Part shown: one piece after another, positions 1-8,840 of the stretch
Position numbering within the stretch: position 1 is the first letter of the stretch
Layout of the letters: every line of letters begins with the position of its first letter
Origin: Clostridia bacterium
GTDB taxonomy: Bacteria > Bacillota > Clostridia > Christensenellales > QALW01
Reading direction: 5' to 3'
Assembly: GCA_045594045.1 (NCBI GenBank)
Contig: JAZNXV010000008.1
Coordinates: forward strand, 6,649 to 70,648
Length of the DNA: 64,000 bases
The notes under the pieces: generated by a model
Told to the model about the DNA's origin: nothing
The model's database searches: none
What the model saw: the letters and a program-made list of their open reading frames with translations, nothing else
Program-made: the position numbers and the translations under genes

Positions 1-65
1 CCAGAGTCAAACGAGACTTAATTATTAAAATGTAGTGTTCGTATTTTATGGCATAAAAGCCAAAC

Positions 66-100
66 AAAATCCGATTTCGCAAGAAGGCGGATTTTTGTTT
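66..100 (+). terminator. Rho-independent terminator of a gene upstream of the window
   Basis: Stem AAAATCCG / CGGATTTT followed by a T-rich tail. Confidence 0.55.
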
Positions 101-163
101 GTGTTATTTGCTTTTCATTATTCATCATTTATAAAAGGCGTTAAAAGCAGAGAATTAATAACA

Positions 164-190
164 AACAACCACAATCGTGGTTGTTTTTTT
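164..190 (+). terminator. Rho-independent terminator
   Basis: Stem AACAACCAC / GTGGTTGTT with 4-nt loop, then TTTTTT. Confidence 0.6.
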
Positions 191-369
191 ACCTAATATT
201 CACCCGAACCTGCGCCACAGATTTTGGGCACTCCAATCCGAGAGTGTCATAGGGGGTTTTTTACCACAGCTCCTTTTGTGTTATACTACACACATGTTTT
301 TAATAAAAAAGGGTTATATGTAATATTTATAATAATTTTTTCAATACAGAAACTATGCACAAATAAATA

Positions 370-398
370 TTGCGTCCACTTTACAGATATGATATAAT
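370..398 (+). promoter_or_regulatory. Sigma-A type promoter of the SGNH hydrolase gene
   Basis: TTGCGT (370-375), 17-nt spacer, TATAAT (393-398), preceded by TGA (extended -10). Confidence 0.6.
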
Positions 399-417
399 CA
401 AGTTCGAGGTGATAAAA

Positions 418-1059
418 ATGAAAAGAATTTTATTTCAAGGTGATTCCATTACTGATTGCGGAAGAATCAGAGATTGGTTTGAAGATTTAGGCAGAGGTTA
501 CCCCTCTCTTGTCGCGGCGTCCTTAGGCCTTAAATATCCGGGCGAATATGAATTTGTTAACCGCGGTATCGGAGGCAACAGAATAGTTGACCTTTACGCA
601 AGAATTAAGATGGATTTTATCAATCTTAAGCCCGATTATGCAAGCATCTATATTGGTGTAAACGATACTTGGCACGAAATTGAAAGCCAAAACGGCGTTG
701 ATACTAAAAAGTTCGAAACAATTTATACAATGATGATTGACGAAATTAAAGAGGCTTGCCCTGATATAAAGCTTATTTTAATAGCACCCTTTGTTCTTAA
801 CGGAACGGGCACGTGTAATACCGAAGAAAACCCAACTCGTTTTGACCTATTTAAAAAAGACGTTGCCGAAAAGGCGACGGTGGTTAAGAAAATGGCTGAA
901 AGGTATAATCTTCCCCTTGTCGAGCTGCAGCCTGCTTTTGACGATGCTTGTAAGAAAGCTCCTGAAAGCTATTGGACAGCGGATGGCGTACATCCTACTA
1001 TGTGCGGCCAGGAAATAATAAAGAATCTTTGGATAGAAGCCTTTAACAAAATAAAGTAA
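418..1059 (+). CDS. SGNH/GDSL family hydrolase (lipase/acylhydrolase)
   Basis: ORF 370..1059 trimmed to ATG 418, which follows a GAGGTGA RBS. The TTG at 370 is the -35 box. SGNH blocks seen: GDSITD, GIGGN, GVND, DGVHP. Confidence 0.8.
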   Translation: MKRILFQGDSITDCGRIRDWFEDLGRGYPSLVAASLGLKYPGEYEFVNRGIGGNRIVDLYARIKMDFINLKPDYASIYIGVNDTWHEIESQNGVDTKKFETIYTMMIDEIKEACPDIKLILIAPFVLNGTGTCNTEENPTRFDLFKKDVAEKATVVKKMAERYNLPLVELQPAFDDACKKAPESYWTADGVHPTMCGQEIIKNLWIEAFNKIK

Positions 1060-1107
1060 TTGAGTAAAAACAAGATAAAATGGTGCAAAATCGCACTGTA
1101 ATGAACA

Positions 1108-1146
1108 AAAAAGCAGAACGAAAAAGCGTTTCTGCTTTTCTTTTTT
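1108..1146 (+). terminator. Rho-independent terminator
   Basis: AGCAGAA..TTCTGCT hairpin followed by TTTCTTTTTT. Confidence 0.65.
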
Positions 1147-1156
1147 ATAGCGAGTA

Positions 1157-1185
1157 TTGCAAAAACTTCAGCGATATGATAAAAT
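1157..1185 (+). promoter_or_regulatory. Sigma-A type promoter of the GDPD gene
   Basis: TTGCAA, 17-nt spacer, TAAAAT, with TGA extended -10. Confidence 0.5.
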
Positions 1186-1215
1186 ATTATAAAATAATTA
1201 AGCGGAGGTATCACG

Positions 1216-1917
1216 ATGATCAATTATGCACACAGAGGAGCAAGCGAATATGCACCCGAAAACACACTTTCTTCATTCTATTTAGGCTTGCTTTATGGCG
1301 CAAACGGAATCGAAACGGATGTTCAAAAGACAAAGGACGGAGTTTTGGTGCTGTTTCACGATGATACCCTTGACAGAGTTTCTTCGGGAAGCGGAAGGCT
1401 TGAGGATTATACTCTCGAAGAGCTTAAAAAATTAAAAATTTACGGCAACTGCACAACGGGCTTTTACGATAGAATTATTACGTTGCGTGAGTTTTTAGAA
1501 AAATTTGCTGATTACGATATAAGCTTTGCTATAGAGCTTAAAGGTGAGGGCGTTGAAGAAGGCACGCTTGATATGGTTAAGGAGTTCGGAATTTTAAACA
1601 AGGTTACCTTTACAAGCTTTAAGTATGAATACATAAAGAAAATCAAGGAGTTGGATAAAACGGCGCGTGTCGGCTGGCTCGTTTTTTCAACTGATAACGG
1701 TGAGGTTGAGCGCTTGCTTGCACTCGGCGGAGAAGAGCTTGCACCTATGGCAGAAATCGTAACAAAAGAACAAATGCGCGCTTGGAGAAAATTAGGCCTT
1801 GGCGTAAGAGCCTGGAATGTGACAAGTGTTGCAAAAATGAAAACCCTTTGCCACCTTGGTGTTGACGGTATGACTGTTAATTTTCCTGACAGACTGCAGG
1901 AGTATCTGCACAGATAA
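1216..1917 (+). CDS. Glycerophosphodiester phosphodiesterase family protein
   Basis: 233-aa ORF with GGAGG RBS; GDPD signatures YAHRGASEYAPENT and IETDVQ. Confidence 0.8.
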   Translation: MINYAHRGASEYAPENTLSSFYLGLLYGANGIETDVQKTKDGVLVLFHDDTLDRVSSGSGRLEDYTLEELKKLKIYGNCTTGFYDRIITLREFLEKFADYDISFAIELKGEGVEEGTLDMVKEFGILNKVTFTSFKYEYIKKIKELDKTARVGWLVFSTDNGEVERLLALGGEELAPMAEIVTKEQMRAWRKLGLGVRAWNVTSVAKMKTLCHLGVDGMTVNFPDRLQEYLHR

Positions 1918-1955
1918 ATTATAAATCAACATTTTTCGTGTTGGCAAGGTCACGT

Positions 1956-2030
1956 TTAATCAAGAACGCGAGAGGGCTGACGAAAAAGAGTCGCGGTTAA
2001 TCAAGAACGCGATATGGGCTGACGAAAAAG
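1956..2030 (+). repeat. Two tandem 33/34-nt direct repeats (41-bp period) directly upstream of the GtrA-like gene
   Basis: TTAATCAAGAACGCGA(GA/TAT)GGGCTGACGAAAAAG at 1956-1988 and 1997-2030. The second copy runs into the GGAG RBS. Confidence 0.8.
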
Positions 2031-2040
2031 GAGTAACTAT

Positions 2041-2454
2041 ATGGAAAAGAAAAAAGAGATTATTCGCAGTATAAAATTTGTTTTGTTTTCTATTAGTGCG
2101 GGCGTAATTCAAATAGCAAGCTTTGCTCTGTTCGAAGAGGTGCTTCATCTTGAGCATTGGCTGGCGTACCTGTTGGCATTGATTGCTTCTGTTTTGTGGA
2201 ATTTTACGTTAAACAGACGCTTTACCTTTTATTCGGCAGGAAACGTGCCCGTTGCAATGCTAAAGGTAGCGGCATTTTATTTGGTGTTCACGCCCCTTTC
2301 TACCTGGTGGACAGCCGTTTTAACTGGTGCAGGCGTTGGCTGGAACGAATACGTTGTGCTTGCTATCACAATGATTATAAATTTCGTTACCGAATATTTG
2401 TACGACCGATTTTTTGTTTTTGCAAACAGTCTTGATACTTCAAAAAAACAGTAA
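2041..2454 (+). CDS. GtrA family membrane protein
   Basis: 137 aa, four hydrophobic segments, NFTLNRRFTF-type GtrA motif. Confidence 0.7.
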   Translation: MEKKKEIIRSIKFVLFSISAGVIQIASFALFEEVLHLEHWLAYLLALIASVLWNFTLNRRFTFYSAGNVPVAMLKVAAFYLVFTPLSTWWTAVLTGAGVGWNEYVVLAITMIINFVTEYLYDRFFVFANSLDTSKKQ

Positions 2455-2525
2455 TTTTGCAATAACATTTGTATAATAAAGCATTCTTTGGGGAATAAAT
2501 AAAAAAAACAAAGGATGTGATTATT

Positions 2526-2960
2526 ATGGTAGAGCAGGATACAATAAAGCTTTTGCGCGAATGTGATGCGGGCGTAAAAATGGGAACTTCGTCAATTTCC
2601 GACGTTGTAATTTTTGTTAAGAATAAAGAATTCAAAGGATTGCTTAACAAGTGCAAGAAGGAGCATGACAAGCTTGATTCCGAAATTCAGCAGTTGCTTG
2701 ATAAGTATAAGGACGACGGAAAAGAGCCTAACCCCATGGCAAAGGGAATGTCGTGGATAAAAACAAATCTTAAAATTGCCATAGACGAATCTGATAAGGT
2801 AATTGCAGATTTAATGACCGACGGCTGTAATATGGGTGTTAAATCCCTTAACAAATATCTGAACGAATACGAGGCAGCCGACGAAGTATCCAAGGATATT
2901 GCAAAAAGACTTATAAACCTTGAAGAAAAGCTGGCAATAGATATAAGAAAATATTTATAA
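2526..2960 (+). CDS. Hypothetical helical protein with an internal two-fold repeat
   Basis: ORF 2517..2960. ATG 2526 fits the AAGGA RBS better than GTG 2517. Repeated C-x-x-G-V-K motif (ECDAGVKMG / DGCNMGVKS). Family not recognised. Confidence 0.55.
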   Translation: MVEQDTIKLLRECDAGVKMGTSSISDVVIFVKNKEFKGLLNKCKKEHDKLDSEIQQLLDKYKDDGKEPNPMAKGMSWIKTNLKIAIDESDKVIADLMTDGCNMGVKSLNKYLNEYEAADEVSKDIAKRLINLEEKLAIDIRKYL

Positions 2961-2965
2961 AAAAA

Positions 2966-2995
2966 CCGAGCCAAATTGGCTCGGCTTTTTCATTT
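2966..2995. terminator. Bidirectional rho-independent terminator
   Basis: CCGAGCC AAATT GGCTCGG flanked by an A-run and a T-run. Confidence 0.75.
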
Positions 2996-3125
2996 TTAAG
3001 AAAACAAGTAAAATTGCGGTGCCAGAGGACGAAACAGCAAAAAAGACGGCTAAAGGTTTTAGCGTCATAAAGGCAATAGTATAGAACAATGCAAACGCAA
3101 GCTTGCATTAAAGTAAAGACGCAAA

Positions 3126-4148
3126 TTATTGGGTCAGAGCCTTTACCGAGCCGCGTTTTACAATGCGAGGCTGCAATAAAATTTGTTGCGGAATCTGTTT
3201 CTTGGCGCTTGAAATAATTTGAATCAAACGGGTAATTGTTAATTCGGCAAGCTCGCCTATAGGGTGGGCAACGCTGTCAAAGGGCGGATTTGTCATTTTT
3301 CCCAAGGCGTAGCCGTCAAAGCCAAGAACAGAAATATCTTCGGGCACGCGAAGCCCGCTTTGTGTAAGTGCGTTTATAACACCCACTGCCATAATATCAC
3401 TTTGCACGTAAACGGCAGTTGCCTTCTTAAAGGTAGCTATTCTTGCCATTGTCAGTTCGTAAGCGTCCTTGTAGGTACAGCTGCAAGAAAGAATAAATTC
3501 GTTTGTCAGCCTTATATCGTTTTCCTTTAACGCTTGCTTATAGCCGTTGGTACGGTCCTCGAATTCACGCCAAGGGCAAGTAACGGTTAAAATATTTTCG
3601 TGCCCGTTATTAATTAAATATTGAGTGCCGAGATATCCGCCCACGTAGTTGTCTGAATCAATAACGTCCAAAACCTCATAGCTTGTGCGGGAGCAGTGCA
3701 GAAAATAAACGTGGGGGATTCCAAGCTCGGTTAAATATTTGTGAATGTCATCGTCAAAGTTGCGGTGCATAATAATAAAACCGTCAATGAGATTAAGCTT
3801 TAAAAATTCACGCAGACGCTCCATTGAGCCTTCCTCGTGAGAAGATAAGGGCAGGCGGATTATATAGTAATTTTTTGCCGAAGCGGTATTTACAAGCTTG
3901 TTTATGGCATAGTTTACAAAGTGTTGGTCGAAAAAGGAATCTTCTTCGGTAAGTATGCCGATAACTCGGTGAATACCCGAAAACAAGGTGCGTTTACCCT
4001 TTTTATGCTCTACGTAGCCGTATTTTAGGGCGAGCTTTTGCACCTTCTCCTTGGTTTTAAAGGAGATGGAGGGGTGGTCGTTTAAGCACCGTGAAATTGT
4101 GGATTGGCTTACACCTGCAAGCTTTGCAAGTTCGCTGGTTGTAATCAT
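3126..4148 (-). CDS. LacI family transcriptional regulator (likely repressor of the divergent inositol operon)
   Basis: ORF trimmed to MITTSELAKLAGVSQSTISRCLN (HTH), preceded by a GGAG RBS; periplasmic-binding-fold C-terminal domain. Confidence 0.85.
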   Translation of the reverse strand: MITTSELAKLAGVSQSTISRCLNDHPSISFKTKEKVQKLALKYGYVEHKKGKRTLFSGIHRVIGILTEEDSFFDQHFVNYAINKLVNTASAKNYYIIRLPLSSHEEGSMERLREFLKLNLIDGFIIMHRNFDDDIHKYLTELGIPHVYFLHCSRTSYEVLDVIDSDNYVGGYLGTQYLINNGHENILTVTCPWREFEDRTNGYKQALKENDIRLTNEFILSCSCTYKDAYELTMARIATFKKATAVYVQSDIMAVGVINALTQSGLRVPEDISVLGFDGYALGKMTNPPFDSVAHPIGELAELTITRLIQIISSAKKQIPQQILLQPRIVKRGSVKALTQ

Positions 4149-4223
4149 AAAAACACTCCGTTTTATATTCGTTATATTCATTAAAGCAAACGAAAATAAT
4201 TTTGTCAAGGGAATAAACGCAGT

Positions 4224-4272
4224 TATGCACAAATTATGCGTAACTTGCATAAATTATGCATAAATTATGCGT
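4224..4272. promoter_or_regulatory. Candidate operator cluster: three copies of a 15-bp AT-rich palindrome
   Basis: TGCATAA-A-TTATGCA (perfect, 4245-4259), flanked by TGCACAAATTATGCG (4226-4240) and an overlapping TGCATAAATTATGCG (4256-4270). Lies between the divergent LacI gene and the operon. Confidence 0.5.
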
Positions 4273-4341
4273 GCAATTTGAGAAAAATAGTATTAAAATG
4301 TAAGAGTAAGAGAGTTTATCTTTTGTTTTATGGAGGTTTTT

Positions 4342-5502
4342 ATGATTAAGGATGTAAGAGCAGCGGTACTCACAGGTCCGCGAAAAATGGAAATACAGAC
4401 GTTTCCTTATCCTGATGTGCCCAAAGGTGGCGCAATAATAAGAACAGAGCTTTCGGGTATTTGCGGAACAGATAAGCATACGTATAAGGGAGAGAACGTT
4501 CAGTACGCAGGTACTCCCCAAGAAATCAGCACACCGTTCCCTATAATTCAAGGGCACGAAAACGTTGGTATTATTGAAGCAATCGACAAAAACGCCAAGC
4601 TTGAATATGACGGTCAGGAATTAAAGGTGGGCGACAGAGTAGTAATGTGCCCCGATACTGTTTGCGGTGATTGTTGGTTCTGCAGACACATTCCCGATTA
4701 TCCTTGGTGCGACGATATCCATTCTTACGGAAACTCATTCTCATGCGCAGTTGCACCTCATCTCTTTGGCGGTTTTTCTGAATATATGGCAATTATCGAT
4801 AAGGTAAAGCTTTATAAAGTTCCCGAAGGAATGAAGCCTGAAGTTGCAGTTTTTGCAGAGTTGTTTGACGTTACTTATACTCTTGATAAAGCAAAAGAGT
4901 TATATGCCTTTGACGGAGAAGGCTTTGCCTTTGGCGACACGGTGGTAATTTTAGGCGCAGGTCCGTTAGGCATTATGCATATTATTAAAGCAAGGCTTTT
5001 GGGTGCCGATAAAATTATCGTAACGGATACTTCTCAGTTCCGTCTTGATATTGCAAAGCAATACGGTGCCGACGTTACCTTGTGTTTAGCAAACACGACT
5101 ATGCAGGAGCGTATTGATATAGTTAAACAGCAAACGGGCGGCAGAGGCGGTGACGTCGTTGTTGAATGTGCCGGCGAGCCTGAAGCATTCCCTGAAGGTC
5201 TTGCTATGGTAAGAAAATCAGGTACGTTTATTATCGTAGGCAACTTTGTTGACGTTGGAAGAAGCGTTGAATTAAAGCCTCACGAAATTTGCGCAAAAGA
5301 CGTGAGAATTTTAGGTATGTCAAACCATTCTCATTCAGGATACGCACCATCTCTTCGTATGATGCAGAGATATCAGAACTTATATCCATTTGATAAGCTT
5401 ATTACTCACCGTTACGGTTTAGCTGATGCTGACGAAGCAGTTAGAAAATCAATGGATTATTCATCAAGCATGAAAATAGTAATCGACCCGTGGAAGAAAT
5501 AG
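4342..5502 (+). CDS. Zinc-dependent alcohol/polyol dehydrogenase (MDR family)
   Basis: ATG 4342 after GGAGG; [14 protein letters not shown], structural-zinc Cys cluster [12 protein letters not shown], Rossmann motif GAGPLG. Confidence 0.8.
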   Translation: MIKDVRAAVLTGPRKMEIQTFPYPDVPKGGAIIRTELSGICGTDKHTYKGENVQYAGTPQEISTPFPIIQGHENVGIIEAIDKNAKLEYDGQELKVGDRVVMCPDTVCGDCWFCRHIPDYPWCDDIHSYGNSFSCAVAPHLFGGFSEYMAIIDKVKLYKVPEGMKPEVAVFAELFDVTYTLDKAKELYAFDGEGFAFGDTVVILGAGPLGIMHIIKARLLGADKIIVTDTSQFRLDIAKQYGADVTLCLANTTMQERIDIVKQQTGGRGGDVVVECAGEPEAFPEGLAMVRKSGTFIIVGNFVDVGRSVELKPHEICAKDVRILGMSNHSHSGYAPSLRMMQRYQNLYPFDKLITHRYGLADADEAVRKSMDYSSSMKIVIDPWKK

Positions 5503-5513
5503 GAGGAAGAAAA

Positions 5514-6395
5514 ATGGTTAAATTAGGAATTGCACCTATTGCGTGGACAAACGACGATATGCCCGATTTAGGCGCAGAAAACACCTTTGAACAGTGCGTA
5601 AGCGAAATGGCTCTTGCAGGCTTTACAGGCAGTGAAGTAGGAAATAAATATCCAAGAGATACCAAGGTGCTTAAAAAAGCACTTGATTTAAGAGGTATGT
5701 CTATTGCAAGTGCTTGGTTCAGCACGTTTTTAACAACAAAGCCCTATGAAGAAACAGAAAAAGGCTTTATTGAGTTTATGAATTTCTTGTTCGATATGGG
5801 CGCAAGGCACATTAACGTTGCTGAGCAAGGTCACAGCGTACAAGGTATGCTTGATACTCCCGTTTTATCCGGTAAACCCAGCTTTACCGACGAAGAATGG
5901 GATAAGCTTAACGAAGGTCTTAACAAATTAGGCAAGCTTGCTAAAGAAAAGGGCATGAAAATGTGCTACCATCATCATATGGGCACGGGTGTGCAGACCT
6001 TTGAAGAAATCGACAGAATGATGGAAAACACCGATCCCGAATACGTTTACTTGCTTTTTGATACAGGCCATTTAACTTTCTCTGACGTTGACCCTGAAAA
6101 AGTATTGACAAAATATATCGACCGAATCGGTCACGTACACTTAAAGGATATCAGAAAAGACGTTTTCGCTCTTGTAAAGAAAGACGATATGAGCTTTTTA
6201 GATGCTGTTCGCGCAGGTGTATTCACAGTTCCCGGTGACGGTATGATTGATTTCAAACCCTTGTTTGATATTTTAAACGAGAACAAGTACGAAGGCTGGT
6301 ACATTGTTGAAGCAGAACAGGATCCTGCAAAGGCAAATCCTTTAGAATATGCAATTAAAGCAAGAAAATTCATTAAAGAAAATGCAGGGCTGTAA
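5514..6395 (+). CDS. iolE: Inosose dehydratase (xylose isomerase-like TIM barrel)
   Basis: ATG 5514 after AGGAGG; N-terminus [18 protein letters not shown] resembles IolE; sits in an operon with iolGJCDBA. Confidence 0.8.
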   Translation: MVKLGIAPIAWTNDDMPDLGAENTFEQCVSEMALAGFTGSEVGNKYPRDTKVLKKALDLRGMSIASAWFSTFLTTKPYEETEKGFIEFMNFLFDMGARHINVAEQGHSVQGMLDTPVLSGKPSFTDEEWDKLNEGLNKLGKLAKEKGMKMCYHHHMGTGVQTFEEIDRMMENTDPEYVYLLFDTGHLTFSDVDPEKVLTKYIDRIGHVHLKDIRKDVFALVKKDDMSFLDAVRAGVFTVPGDGMIDFKPLFDILNENKYEGWYIVEAEQDPAKANPLEYAIKARKFIKENAGL

Positions 6396-6410
6396 AAGGA
6401 GGATATACAA

Positions 6411-7592
6411 TTGAGTAACGAAAAAATGAAGGTTTCAACAGTTGTATTCGATAAGCTTCCCGAGCACGATACTTGTTGGGCTTTAATAGAAGGAACGGAT
6501 AATAAAATTTATATCGGCGTTTGCGGCGAGCTTACAGGCGGTATGTCAGGTTTTGTGGCAGGGTATGAGCCTATAACGAAAAAATTAGATTATCTCTGTG
6601 CCGTTTCCAACGCTATCGGTATTGACCCCGAAAACGGTGAAGCATCGCACTCAAAGGTACACAAGTCATTGCTTCAGGCAACTGACGGCACAATTTATGC
6701 CGCAACCCACTGCACAGGCGCACCTGTAAACGATTGGATCTGGCGTGCATGGAACGCTTGGAAGCACCCAAGAAAGTTCTTTAGGGGTTCAGGTATAGTA
6801 ATTATGTCCCCTGACGGAACAATTAAACATAACGAAATTTTCTTGCCCCACGAAGGCTCCAGATGTATGGCTCTTGCAGAGAAGCACAGAAAGATTTTCG
6901 GCATAAGCTATCCCAGAAACCGTTTCTTTGTATTTGATATTGATACTTATGAAACAAAAATTATCGGCAGAATCGGAAACATCAATCCTCAGTGCATTTG
7001 GCTTGATGATGAAGAGAACGCTTACACTGCTGACGATTACGGCAAAATTATAAAGTTTAATCCCGATACGGAAGAATTTGAGCATCTTGACGTTTCAATT
7101 CCTCACGCTGATTTTAGAAACGGATATCATAATACCGTATATGACGTTGTTCCTTCTCCCGACGGAAAAGGCGTTTACGGTGTAACGTGGACTTGGGGTT
7201 GCAGGCTTTTCTATTTTGATTTTGAAACCCACGAAATGCGTGATTTCGGCAAGGCTTACGGCGAAGAAAGTCCTGAATGGAAGCACATTATTAACGACCA
7301 CTGCGGCGGATTGACTTTCGGTTCTGATAACAAGCTTTACTTCGTTGCTAACCTTGAAACACCTGACGGTGCAAGACCTCACTTAATTCGCTTTGACCCC
7401 GAAACAGAGGAGCGCGAGCTTTTAGGCGCACTCATTTGCGACGGTCAGTACGGTGACCATATGTCCCGCGGTGCTTTCGGCGCAGACGGTAAGCTGTATT
7501 TTGCAGAAGCAGGTAACACACCGACAAAAATGTTCTGTTGTGACGTTGGCTTAAAGCCCGGCAGTCACGGCAAGCGTAGAGTATGGGGGTAA
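6411..7592 (+). CDS. Uncharacterised cytoplasmic beta-propeller-like protein (paralogue 1)
   Basis: 393 aa, TTG start 8 nt after AGGAGG; blade-like motifs DNKIYIGV, DGTIYAAT, DNKLYFVA, DGKLYFAE; no signal peptide or TM segment. Confidence 0.7.
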   Translation: MSNEKMKVSTVVFDKLPEHDTCWALIEGTDNKIYIGVCGELTGGMSGFVAGYEPITKKLDYLCAVSNAIGIDPENGEASHSKVHKSLLQATDGTIYAATHCTGAPVNDWIWRAWNAWKHPRKFFRGSGIVIMSPDGTIKHNEIFLPHEGSRCMALAEKHRKIFGISYPRNRFFVFDIDTYETKIIGRIGNINPQCIWLDDEENAYTADDYGKIIKFNPDTEEFEHLDVSIPHADFRNGYHNTVYDVVPSPDGKGVYGVTWTWGCRLFYFDFETHEMRDFGKAYGEESPEWKHIINDHCGGLTFGSDNKLYFVANLETPDGARPHLIRFDPETEERELLGALICDGQYGDHMSRGAFGADGKLYFAEAGNTPTKMFCCDVGLKPGSHGKRRVWG

Positions 7593-7597
7593 AAACA

Positions 7598-8821
7598 ATG
7601 ATAGATTTAGATAATATGGTATTTCCCAAATCTCCTTTAAAGGAAGAAAATCTTGACCCTGAACAGTTAAAGCAGTTTTTAACTATCAGAGCAGAATTTG
7701 AAAAAAGCGCTTTCGTTACAGAAGGTCATTTTGAGGTTCGCTCTTTAGGACCCAAGGAATTTGTACGACCCATTCCTGAAAACGAGTGCTCAATTACAGC
7801 TCTTGTAAATCATTCTTCAGGTCACGTTTACGGTGCAACCTCAGGTAAAAAATCACACCTTTTCTACTATAATCCTGCACCCGATGCAGATGCAGTAGTA
7901 GATATCGGCGTTGTATGCGAAAATGATTCTGAAATTCCCGCAATTATCGAGTTGCCCAACGCCGTTGTTTTAGGTGTTGTAAACTGTTCTTGCGGTAAAG
8001 CAAAACTTTTTACATACCGCTCTTGCTCGGTTCTTCTCAGAGATAAGGATTTCACAGGATTAGGAGTTCGTGAAATTTTTGACCTTCCCGCAGAAGACCA
8101 ATTATTCTTCTCAACAATTGACCCTTGCCATTCTGTAGGTCAAATTGAAGTTTTGAATACAGAGTTGCCGGAAGCTATGGGTGATTTAACCTTTGATGCT
8201 AACGGCACCGTATATTTGGTTGGCAAGGAAAAGGGCAAGGTTTATACTTTGAATGAAGATATGACTGAGCTTAACGTTATCGGTCAGTTAGACCCCAACG
8301 GAAACTTCTCAAGCAAGTTCGGTAAAATCGGCGACCGTATTTTTGCTTGCGGCCTCTACGGACAGATTTTTGAGGTTTCTCAGGAAGGCTTAAGAAAATG
8401 CGCTTGCAGGGCAGCTTCCATTAAAGGCTTGGAGCTTTATAACCGCGTAACTGCTTGGTGCGCGTTCGGTGAAGTGCTTTACGGCGGAACCATTGACGGC
8501 GTAATTTTTGCATTTAATCCCGAAACGGAAACAGTTACCACTCTCGGCAAGCCTACCACTCAGACTTACGTTAACGGTATGGCGGCAACAGGCGGTCAGC
8601 TTTATGCAATTATCGGTCTTGACGACGATTGCGCACATCTTGCCGTTTTCAATCCCGAAACAAGAGATTTAAGAGATTTAGGCTGTCCTTTAGCTCATAG
8701 CGAACGCCCCTGGAACGGTTACGTGTTTGGCTCAATGTGCAGAGGCGCCAACGGTCAGCTTTTCTTAGGTGAGTGCGACCGCATTTCACAATTATTTATA
8801 TATTATCCAAGAGTTAATTGA
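7598..8821 (+). CDS. Uncharacterised cytoplasmic beta-propeller-like protein (paralogue 2)
   Basis: ATG 7598 after GGGGG RBS, 5 nt after the previous stop; motifs GHVYGAT, NGTVYLVG, GEVLYGGT, GGQLYAII, NGQLFLGE. Confidence 0.7.
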   Translation: MIDLDNMVFPKSPLKEENLDPEQLKQFLTIRAEFEKSAFVTEGHFEVRSLGPKEFVRPIPENECSITALVNHSSGHVYGATSGKKSHLFYYNPAPDADAVVDIGVVCENDSEIPAIIELPNAVVLGVVNCSCGKAKLFTYRSCSVLLRDKDFTGLGVREIFDLPAEDQLFFSTIDPCHSVGQIEVLNTELPEAMGDLTFDANGTVYLVGKEKGKVYTLNEDMTELNVIGQLDPNGNFSSKFGKIGDRIFACGLYGQIFEVSQEGLRKCACRAASIKGLELYNRVTAWCAFGEVLYGGTIDGVIFAFNPETETVTTLGKPTTQTYVNGMAATGGQLYAIIGLDDDCAHLAVFNPETRDLRDLGCPLAHSERPWNGYVFGSMCRGANGQLFLGECDRISQLFIYYPRVN

Positions 8822-8840
8822 TTTTAGGAGGAATTTTGTT

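Noticed and set aside
370-417. TTG 370 as the start of the SGNH hydrolase ORF
   Set aside because: TTGCGT at 370 is the -35 box of a TTGCGT-17-TATAAT promoter. ATG 418 has a GAGGTGA RBS and begins with the typical MKRILFQGDS N-terminus.
1956-2030. Known small riboswitch (preQ1-I, guanidine-II/III, fluoride) in the gtrA leader
   Set aside because: The repeat units do not match the conserved cores of those classes as I recall them. I kept the region only as an unexplained tandem repeat.
2911-3108. 65-aa minus-strand ORF between the helical-protein gene and the LacI gene
   Set aside because: It spans the bidirectional terminator hairpin and has no RBS. Its Cys/Phe-rich composition is typical of non-coding AT-rich DNA.
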